DNA from: Candidatus Uabimicrobium amorphum
Lineage (GTDB): Bacteria > Planctomycetota > Uabimicrobiia > Uabimicrobiales > Uabimicrobiaceae
DNA length: 40,000 nt
Assembly: GCF_009002475.1 (NCBI RefSeq)
Contig: NZ_AP019860.1
Coordinates: 7,769,547-7,809,546, forward strand
Direction of reading: 5' to 3'
In this document: positions 27,272 through 35,042 of the stretch, in pieces
Layout of the letters: the number at the start of each line of letters is the position of its first letter
Position numbering within the stretch: the stretch's first letter is position 1
Made by a program: the position numbers and the translations under genes
The notes under the pieces: generated by a model
Told to the model about the DNA's origin: nothing
What the model saw: the letters and a program-made list of their open reading frames with translations, nothing else
Databases searched by the model: none

Positions 27272-30200
27272 AAAAACTTTTCAGATAAAACATATACCCC
27301 GATTGCATCAACTGATATATTTGGATTTTTTAATACTTGAGATACTAAACTATGCAATGAATAAAGTTTACATATATCAGAGTCGATGGCTAAATTACTA
27401 TCTATACCACTTTGAGATCGTGCAATTAGACGTGCCTTGTTGATGGTAAAGTATTCTTCGGCTGAAAGCAAAGCTTTGCTACTAGTTGTTTTTAATTTAT
27501 CACTAGTGGAAGTTTTTTTAAGAGCTTTTTCCGTAATTTCCTGGCATAATAACTTCCATCTTTCTTCCCCAAACCAGTTTTTAAGATATGTAGCTTTTTC
27601 TTTTCCCATGTTTATATCAGGGGGAGCTTTGTAAGGTTTTTTACAAATTTCGATTAAATCCAATTTCGCAATTTCTCCCTCTACGTCTAAGAATAATTCA
27701 TAAAGATATTCGTTAAACCACCCCTTTATCATTCGTAATAATCCGCCGCGAGCAATATCATCCCAATCATGTTCATTTAAAAATTTAATTATTGGATCTA
27801 AGTTTGGATATACATTAAGGATTATTCTGAAAATAATACAAGGATCTATTCTTCCATAACACTTGCGCCATAATACAAAGCAACGCCCTCGATCATCTTT
27901 CTTTAGAAGTTCATGACATATATCGAGACCTCTATGTCCAGGTCGAAAAAATTGAAGCCCTGAATTTCTTATAGTTGCAACATTTCGAATAGAGGTTCCT
28001 TCTTGAAACAAACTTTGCATTTCATCTAGATAATTGAATGGGATTAGAGGTTCTTTACGTTTAGGCAATGTAAACTTAAATGTGTCACGATTTACTTTAA
28101 TAGGCCGCAAACCAACATTATCTTTTAAGTAACTAATTAATGCTTTTGATAAAGTTTTGTTTTTAACCTCTTCGTTATCCCCCATGTCTAAGTTTTTAAA
28201 CATTTCGTTTACCTTGCGTAACGTATACATTCCATCAACAACATCTTGCTCTACTATTCGCAGTCGTTCTTCCTCGATTTTAGATTTAAGCTCACCTATT
28301 GCAGAGACTAATGCACTGGGACCACCTTCAAAAGTACGCTGTTTTAAATAGGGCATCTGTTCGTCTATTAAAAACTGTATATCAGAAACAGAGTCGTTAA
28401 AAATTCCGTACCCCTCAACTAGTAGTCTACGCCAAGCATCATCGACAGCAAGTTCTTCATTGTCTAGAGTAACAATAACTTTACACGGTATGTTTTCTGT
28501 ACGACTGATACGGTCTAAACGTCCTAAACGTTGCTCTATACGCATCGGTGACCAAGGGATATCAAATAGAATTATACCAGTAGCAAAATGTAAATTTACT
28601 CCCTCTTCTAATGAGGAATCTACAATCAGAAAGCTATTTCGGTTGCTCTTTTTAAAGCCTTGAATGATTTTTTGACTGTACTCCGCCGACATTTGTTCAT
28701 GGAGTACATACAAATGATTTTTGAAAGTTTTTTTCAAACGTTCCTCAATTTTATTGCACAATTCTACAGTCGAACAAAACACTACATATTTTTGTAAAGT
28801 TTTCTTAGAATTAAGTTGTTTGAGAATTTCTTGTATTAGAAAGATTCTATCTTCAGGCCATTTTTTTTCAACGGCATCACACATTTTTTGTAGAATATAT
28901 GCCCCTTCTTGCTTTGGATTATCGACTAATAGTTTCTTGATTTTTTTAGACAGTAACATTGTATCGCTAGCTATAATCTCTGAGATTTCAAAATAAAGAT
29001 CTATGTTTTTTTGTAAATCGATTTGTTGACTAATGTTACTTGCTACTTCTATACGCCAATTTTCAAGATTTTCCCAAAGAAATTCAAGAAGTTCATCGTT
29101 AAGTTCAAACTCATAACTTAATGCTACTTTACGCGAACATAAACCGTGATCTTCTGTCATCCATGCTCGACGTGTTCTTAACATCCGACGATGAATACGA
29201 TAAGTTTCGCTTATGTGGATTTGTAAAGATTTTACTACTTTTATGATGTCATCTTTTTTAGCTTCGTATACTTGATTTACTAAACTAGAAATGGTCTTAT
29301 CTCTTGGCAAAATCACAGACAACTTCTTCGCATGCCTTTTAAGTAAAAGAGGGTTTTTTGCTTTAGATAAAGCTAGAAGTACACGTCCTATTTCCTGTCG
29401 TTTTGCAAGGCGTTCTCTAAATACCTCAATGTGTTCCAATTGATATGTTTCTGGAGTGAGTAAATGAAGTAGAGCTAAAAGTTGCGATTCGCAGTGCAAA
29501 ACTGGAGTAGCAGAAAGTAATAAAATATGCCTTGTTTTCTTAGCTAGTTTACAAAATGCTTCATACAGAGGCGCTTTCTCCGAACTAGACTTTTTAGCGG
29601 TAACTATTCGGTGCGCTTCATCTACTACAACTAAATCTAACTGGCTGTTAGAGTTAGTTAATAAATCATTGTGTTCAACAACTGATATATTTGTAATAGA
29701 AAAACGTCTTTTTAATTCCTCTTTCCATTGCCAAACCAATGCTGTGGGAACATAAATCTTTATCATCGTTTGTGGAGAATCCAGAAGCACTTGTTTTAAA
29801 ATTATCCCTGTTTCGATTGTTTTTCCTAAACCGACTTCATCAGCAAGTAGATAGCGTATATTAGGATCTCGTAAGATACGAGATGCTATTTCTATCTGAT
29901 GAGAAAATAATTCCACTTTGCTGGATGTGAAGCTAGTAATTCCTTCACACAGTTGACGATGGTATATCAGTTGTTCTAAAAGTTTATATCTTTGATGGAA
30001 AAAAAAAGGTGTTCCTTGAACAAGTTCTTCTAACATTTTTTCTGGACTAGATGGCCAGCAAGATCGGACTTGAAAATCATCTTCGCGAAATTCGATTGGG
30101 GCTTTTTGATTATCAAATGTGATCTGGTAACTTCTAAAGTTTTTATCTTCATTACTACATAATAAAATGCGTCCGTATGACACATTTTCATTTGTTTGAA

Positions 30201-30405
30201 AGCAGCATGTTTGGCGGGGGATCATCTGGTAAATTAGCTGTGATTTGTGAATTTGTATAGATTCAAAATGAGTTGGACTAATAAAGAAATGTACCTCTAC
30301 TATTCCATCCACACCTGGGTAACAATAAATATTTCCAAAACCAAGTTTTTCTTGCCCTTTAATTAGAACTTTTTTTCCTGGGATGGGTTCCACACTAAAC
30401 TCCAA
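27256..30405 (-). CDS. dpdE: SNF2-family helicase/translocase, DpdE-like
   Basis: LLADEVGLGKTIETG, LVVVDEAHRI, LLLSATPV, EGVNLHFATGIILFDIPWSPMRIEQRLGRLDRI. The track start is TTG. GTG at 30391-30393, six nt after GGAG, is a plausible alternative start. Confidence 0.65.
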   Translation of the reverse strand: MEFSVEPIPGKKVLIKGQEKLGFGNIYCYPGVDGIVEVHFFISPTHFESIQIHKSQLIYQMIPRQTCCFQTNENVSYGRILLCSNEDKNFRSYQITFDNQKAPIEFREDDFQVRSCWPSSPEKMLEELVQGTPFFFHQRYKLLEQLIYHRQLCEGITSFTSSKVELFSHQIEIASRILRDPNIRYLLADEVGLGKTIETGIILKQVLLDSPQTMIKIYVPTALVWQWKEELKRRFSITNISVVEHNDLLTNSNSQLDLVVVDEAHRIVTAKKSSSEKAPLYEAFCKLAKKTRHILLLSATPVLHCESQLLALLHLLTPETYQLEHIEVFRERLAKRQEIGRVLLALSKAKNPLLLKRHAKKLSVILPRDKTISSLVNQVYEAKKDDIIKVVKSLQIHISETYRIHRRMLRTRRAWMTEDHGLCSRKVALSYEFELNDELLEFLWENLENWRIEVASNISQQIDLQKNIDLYFEISEIIASDTMLLSKKIKKLLVDNPKQEGAYILQKMCDAVEKKWPEDRIFLIQEILKQLNSKKTLQKYVVFCSTVELCNKIEERLKKTFKNHLYVLHEQMSAEYSQKIIQGFKKSNRNSFLIVDSSLEEGVNLHFATGIILFDIPWSPMRIEQRLGRLDRISRTENIPCKVIVTLDNEELAVDDAWRRLLVEGYGIFNDSVSDIQFLIDEQMPYLKQRTFEGGPSALVSAIGELKSKIEEERLRIVEQDVVDGMYTLRKVNEMFKNLDMGDNEEVKNKTLSKALISYLKDNVGLRPIKVNRDTFKFTLPKRKEPLIPFNYLDEMQSLFQEGTSIRNVATIRNSGLQFFRPGHRGLDICHELLKKDDRGRCFVLWRKCYGRIDPCIIFRIILNVYPNLDPIIKFLNEHDWDDIARGGLLRMIKGWFNEYLYELFLDVEGEIAKLDLIEICKKPYKAPPDINMGKEKATYLKNWFGEERWKLLCQEITEKALKKTSTSDKLKTTSSKALLSAEEYFTINKARLIARSQSGIDSNLAIDSDICKLYSLHSLVSQVLKNPNISVDAIGVYVLSEKFFWKKI

Positions 30406-30407
30406 TT

Positions 30408-32621
30408 TTATTGCGTTGCTTGCTTAAATTCCTGGAAAAATACATGGGTATTGTGGAATCCTCTACGACGGTTGCGGTTATTTCCACGGAAAATGGCAAC
30501 TTCTATACCATTTTTTTCGCATATCGAATTATTTGTCGTTTTCCATGGGCAGTCCCTTAATAGTTCCTCATATAAACGCTCGTGCTTTTCTCTGTTGTCT
30601 CCGACAAATTGATCATACTCCAGAACATACTTTAATGTCTCTTCGAGAGATAGTGATCCTTGGTCAAAATTCCTCAATGCTTTCAGTGCTGCTTTTTCTA
30701 ATTTAACAAATTCTTGTAAACACCCACGTTCTTGTTCTAACATCTTTTTTATTCTAGGATTACCGATCTTTGCTTGAGGTACTCTAATCGCACTATATCT
30801 TTTATCGTAAGTAGACCAAAAGTTGTCACGTGCACTTAACCAAGCGCGCCTTAACTGCGATGCGCTATCACAACTGTAAACTCCAAGGTTGATAAAATTT
30901 GAAATAGCGTCCAGGCGTCCTATCCCAAATAAATGTATTCGAGTTTCTGGCTTTCTTATTTTATCAATAGAGGTTAATATTTCAATAATTGTTTCTGTTT
31001 GACTACGGACTAAACTACCCAGAGCAATATAACTATAGCCTAGTTGTTGATATTCCTCGAACATCTTAGTGTAGGAATCAGCATCCCATCCTTGACAAGC
31101 AGCAATAGGTTTAAAGTTGTATTTTTTTTGTTTGTATAAATTTATAAACTCTTTGCCATGGTCAAGTGTAATTTGCCACCTTCTCTTTGCTTCTGAAAAA
31201 TCAAACTCTGTTTTTTGATAAGTACAAAGTCGATTATCGAACAAATCAGAAGATTTTGGAGGAGATTTTACTACACGATACTTTTTATCTTTTGAAATAG
31301 ATTCGAATTTATCTTTTGAGATAGGTTCATAATTACCATTTTTATTCTCAACCCAATATGTTTTTCTTTGGCATACGCTTGGAACAATCAAATGATCAAT
31401 GGTAACTCCATAATTAAAATCTAATCTTTCATAATAATCAATAATTTCCTCTGTTGTATAAGGTGGATTATACTCATTTAGGTAACCAAAAGCGCCACAA
31501 TCTCCCATCACTGGAACTTCTTTTGGACATCGAAGATATGCATGAATACCTAAAGATTCAACCAGTTGTTTCTTTTTTTTACTTTCTTCAATAGTCACTT
31601 TTGAAACTAATATGCCATCGTAATTGTATTGTTTCATCAATTCATGTGAATAATAGTCATCACGATAAGAATCATGTTGCAGGCCAAAAAGTTCTGAGTA
31701 GTGAAAATCATTAATGAAATCATAACGTGGATCTACACGATCATCCCATTCTGGTATAAAATAGAGCATTTTTGCGTCTTTTCTTGGAGTGTAAGCAATT
31801 TCTACTCGTTTTGGTGGTTTGTAATCCGTAGGTAACCCTAAACGTAACTCAAATGGGCATTTTTCAGACAATTTATATCCTTTTGGCAAGTTACCCAAGT
31901 CTTTATCCTTCTTATGTTGAGAATTGTTTGCTTTTCTCATCGTATTTAAAATAGTGACTATTTCTTTGGGTTGTTTTTTCAATGTATTTAAAATGTTTGT
32001 TTTTTGACATACATGCTGGGCAAATCTTTTAAAGATTTCTCCTTTTAAGCCAACCAAACCACAATGAAAATCTTTAGCCTCTTGAATACTTGTTGGATAA
32101 ATTGTTCCATTGGAGCCGTTAAGCTGTTTTTCTTGTGAACAGAAAAAAATTAATGGTATAGAAAACTGTTCATTTTTTTCAATTTGTAAAGACCTTAAAT
32201 ATTTTTTCCCCAGTAATACAATACCTAAATCGTATTTTCCTAACACAGAACGAAAATCTTTTGGTATTTTTAGTAATTTTGACCACTCATCAATTTCTTT
32301 GGCTTTCATAGTATCGAAAGTACATTCATAGGGTACAATTTCTTTATTACTTCCTATAAAACCATAGCCAGCTGAAACAATCCATAGATCTACATTAGCT
32401 TGTTTTTCCCTTAATTTTTTTATCCCCTTCATTAATCGTATGTGCTGCTCTCCTGTATACATATTCTCAGCAGTACATTTATAATTATCTAGCTTTTCAG
32501 TTTTTGATTTTAGCAGTTCTGGTTGTTTAAAATCTTCTTGCACGAGCTGGTTATCGGGTTTCGATGCTTTTTTTCCTGTGCACGAAGTAATCACTAGTAA
32601 TTTGGGTAAGTCTTTTTGCAT
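30408..32621 (-). CDS. Second DpdA-like transglycosylase paralogue with an N-terminal YaaA(DUF328)/DUF6884-like domain
   Basis: aa ~285-737 are collinear with the other DpdA: PVMGDCGAFGY, GVTIDH, IHLFGIG, SCDSAS, RYSAIRVPQ, GIEVAIFRGNNRNRRRGFHN. aa 1-250 carry LLVITSCTGKK and IVSAGYGFIGSNKEIVPYE. It sits directly upstream of dpdE. Confidence 0.7.
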   Translation of the reverse strand: MQKDLPKLLVITSCTGKKASKPDNQLVQEDFKQPELLKSKTEKLDNYKCTAENMYTGEQHIRLMKGIKKLREKQANVDLWIVSAGYGFIGSNKEIVPYECTFDTMKAKEIDEWSKLLKIPKDFRSVLGKYDLGIVLLGKKYLRSLQIEKNEQFSIPLIFFCSQEKQLNGSNGTIYPTSIQEAKDFHCGLVGLKGEIFKRFAQHVCQKTNILNTLKKQPKEIVTILNTMRKANNSQHKKDKDLGNLPKGYKLSEKCPFELRLGLPTDYKPPKRVEIAYTPRKDAKMLYFIPEWDDRVDPRYDFINDFHYSELFGLQHDSYRDDYYSHELMKQYNYDGILVSKVTIEESKKKKQLVESLGIHAYLRCPKEVPVMGDCGAFGYLNEYNPPYTTEEIIDYYERLDFNYGVTIDHLIVPSVCQRKTYWVENKNGNYEPISKDKFESISKDKKYRVVKSPPKSSDLFDNRLCTYQKTEFDFSEAKRRWQITLDHGKEFINLYKQKKYNFKPIAACQGWDADSYTKMFEEYQQLGYSYIALGSLVRSQTETIIEILTSIDKIRKPETRIHLFGIGRLDAISNFINLGVYSCDSASQLRRAWLSARDNFWSTYDKRYSAIRVPQAKIGNPRIKKMLEQERGCLQEFVKLEKAALKALRNFDQGSLSLEETLKYVLEYDQFVGDNREKHERLYEELLRDCPWKTTNNSICEKNGIEVAIFRGNNRNRRRGFHNTHVFFQEFKQATQ

Positions 32622-32643
32622 ATCAATCGCTTTCGTGAGTAAC

Positions 32644-33351
32644 TTATTTTATCGATATCTTAAAAGGGTTATAGTTTACTTTAGAGTCGTATTGGTCAAC
32701 GCCTTCTTTTCTTTTTAGAAAGTTTACTGCCATGTATGTAAAAGGCGTTACGATAATTTCATATAAACACTTAAATATCCAGGCCGAAATCATAGCACTT
32801 ATTAAGATGTTTTTAGGCAGAATACCAATGTATGCAATGCTTATGAAACAGATTGTATCAACACCTTCTCCAAACAATGTCGAGATTACAGTTCTGAGCC
32901 ATAAGTGTCTACCATCACTCCATACTTTCATTTTTGACATAATAGTACTATTAACTATTTCTCCTAACCAATAACCAACCAAAGATCCAAGCACTATCCG
33001 AGGTATAAATCCATGGATTATGGCAAATTGATCTTGGTAAGACCAATTATGAGCTGGCGGTAAAATAACTGCTATAGTAAGAAATGAAACCATAAACACA
33101 TTAGACAGCAAACCTAACCAAATTAATCTTCTAGTTCGTTTATAACCATATACTTCAGTGAGTACATCTCCAATAACATAGGAGATCGGAAAAATTAAAA
33201 TGCCAGCGCTAAAAATAGCACTTCCAAGACTAAATAATTTTACAGCAGCAATATTTGAAACTAAGAGGGTAACTATAAAAGCTATACCAACTATGTCCAA
33301 ATGCTTTGGATGCCATTCGTCTTCGGAAGTTATTTTTTTTACCTCGTTCAT
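32644..33351 (-). CDS. yhhQ: YhhQ/DUF165 (VUT family) 7-deazaguanine (queuosine precursor) transporter
   Basis: Polytopic membrane protein with VSNIAAVKLF, IFPISYVIGDVLTEVYGYKRTRRLIWLG, RIVLGSLVGYWLGEIVNS, STLFGEGVDTICFISIAY. AGGAG SD. Confidence 0.85.
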   Translation of the reverse strand: MNEVKKITSEDEWHPKHLDIVGIAFIVTLLVSNIAAVKLFSLGSAIFSAGILIFPISYVIGDVLTEVYGYKRTRRLIWLGLLSNVFMVSFLTIAVILPPAHNWSYQDQFAIIHGFIPRIVLGSLVGYWLGEIVNSTIMSKMKVWSDGRHLWLRTVISTLFGEGVDTICFISIAYIGILPKNILISAMISAWIFKCLYEIIVTPFTYMAVNFLKRKEGVDQYDSKVNYNPFKISIK

Positions 33352-33360
33352 TGTTCTCCT

Positions 33361-34371
33361 TTAGTAGGCAGTCGTTGGGGTAATATGATGAGGAAAATCT
33401 ACACTTTGTGCTCCAAACCATTCATGAGCGTCAAGGTTGGCAATGCTCCAGTAGCGACTATCATCAGCCTTTAATCCGCTGTTTAGCTTTTCTAAAATTA
33501 AACTATTGGCAACTGTTGTTGCAGCTCTGATTTCTATTTCCATTTGTTGATGTGGAAGTATTATTTGTTGCTTTTCAATAATTTTTTTGAGGTCATCTTG
33601 ATAATTTAAAACACCTACACTATTGAGGTATTGTGGAACTCTATAGTCTTCTACAGCTATAATTTCATTAAAGTTTGATAGCGGCTTTAATTGACTATTA
33701 GTTTTAGATGACCGCCCTTGATATAGAAGAATTGCTAATTTTGCTTTCTTAAAAAATGGGAACTGTAAAGTTTTTTGTGTTGTATATATATGTGAAATAT
33801 CCTGAAAAGACATAGGGAAATATTGAATTAGCTTATCTAATAGTAACAGAGCATCCCAGTTAGAATCTTCATATAAGTTGATTGGGTCGCCATTAAATTT
33901 TTCATCTAAAACAGTTATTAACTCCTGGATTATCCAATGTCTATACTCTAGCATGGGAATCTGGACTACCCCCGTAAAGAATTCTTTAGTCGCATCTTGG
34001 CTACAAAATACTTTTTTTAAATTTTTGCTTGTGATATTTTTCTCACCAAATGTACGGAAAAAACAGCGAAACATGGCCATTGCACCTTTGTAGCTCGTTT
34101 CACTCTCTTTTATAGTAAAAGCTTGCTCTGGTTTTTGAAGATCCATATAACAAAAATTAATAGCTGATGTTATAATTGCAAATCTTGCAAATGCAAAATC
34201 ATCTTTAGGATGAATATTTTCAAAATCCCAATATACTTGTTTTTTGGGTAACGTTTTTAGTGTGTCAACATACTTATCAATACATGTTGGATTGACGTCT
34301 ACGAATTTTACAATTTCTTTTTTCTTCAACCATTTCCAGTTTTCGATAATTTTTTCAGCGTAAATTTCCAT
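33361..34371 (-). CDS. qng1: Queuosine salvage protein (DUF2419/Qng1 family, queuosine-5'-phosphate N-glycosylase)
   Basis: AINFCY, FPFFKKAKLAILLYQ, IIAVEDYRVPQYLNSVGVLNYQDDLKKII...MEIEIRAATTVANSLILEKL and C-terminal FPHHITPTTAY. These are collinear with human QNG1/C9orf64 as I recall it: [22 protein letters not shown]...EVEIRGCS...IPFHRIRCIYY. The track start is TTG at 34380. I prefer ATG at 34371. Confidence 0.8.
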   Translation of the reverse strand: MEIYAEKIIENWKWLKKKEIVKFVDVNPTCIDKYVDTLKTLPKKQVYWDFENIHPKDDFAFARFAIITSAINFCYMDLQKPEQAFTIKESETSYKGAMAMFRCFFRTFGEKNITSKNLKKVFCSQDATKEFFTGVVQIPMLEYRHWIIQELITVLDEKFNGDPINLYEDSNWDALLLLDKLIQYFPMSFQDISHIYTTQKTLQFPFFKKAKLAILLYQGRSSKTNSQLKPLSNFNEIIAVEDYRVPQYLNSVGVLNYQDDLKKIIEKQQIILPHQQMEIEIRAATTVANSLILEKLNSGLKADDSRYWSIANLDAHEWFGAQSVDFPHHITPTTAY

Positions 34372-34547
34372 TTTTACCAACCAGTTTTAAAATTAAAAAA
34401 TAAACATTCTATTCTATCCCGAATGTAACTAAAAAGCAAATTGCACTGTTAGTCAGTTTAAAATTTTCAACAGTAGTGGAACCAAATATAGCGTTTTGTC
34501 AAGACAAAGTAGTTGTTAATCTATAGCTTTTGTGCAACAGTAGTAAT

Positions 34548-35042
34548 ATGGAAAAACAACAAGTAATAGATAGTATCGGCAGTACAAGATTAGAAGAATA
34601 CAAGAATAAGGCCTTCTTGGCATACCAACGTGGCCAAGATGAACTTGGGCACGGTTGGTTAAACTTGGCCGTAGAAACGGCCAGTTACTATGAATTAGAT
34701 TTTGATGTGAGAAACTTCACTTCTGCTATAGAAAATAAATCCAACGAAAATCAATTTGAACACAGAAAGTCCGATTTACAAAATTATATACGTAGTCGGA
34801 TCTTCAATATTTCTGAAAATTGTTCGTATACACCTCCAAAAGAAACTTCCAAAGATTTCGGTTTTTCTAATGAGATTGAGCAGTCTGTACAAGAGTTTGT
34901 TGTAAAATGGCACATTCATATGCAAATGGTAAACTCACAATTGCAGATACAAAGAGCTTTTGATCGTATGAATCAGCAAATTTTGCAAAACTCTTTTATG
35001 GAGAAAACTTTAAATCAGGCATGGGCATCCGTTGCAGCATGA
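34548..35042 (+). CDS. Hypothetical protein
   Basis: The track ORF starts at TTG 34530. ATG 34548 (MEKQQV) is more likely. No motif recognised. Its 3' end overlaps the convergent gene by 28 nt. Confidence 0.35.
   Translation: MEKQQVIDSIGSTRLEEYKNKAFLAYQRGQDELGHGWLNLAVETASYYELDFDVRNFTSAIENKSNENQFEHRKSDLQNYIRSRIFNISENCSYTPPKETSKDFGFSNEIEQSVQEFVVKWHIHMQMVNSQLQIQRAFDRMNQQILQNSFMEKTLNQAWASVAA

Noticed and set aside
31285-31335. Short in-frame duplication ISKDKF/ISKDKK inside the DpdA-paralogue-specific insertion.
   Set aside because: Only a ~7-aa imperfect repeat in a K/D-rich segment. It is probably slippage without separate significance, and it is mentioned under the paralogue finding.
33230-33421. 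63-aa minus-strand ORF spanning the Qng1 stop and the YhhQ start.
   Set aside because: It overlaps two well-supported genes in another frame and has no motif or SD.
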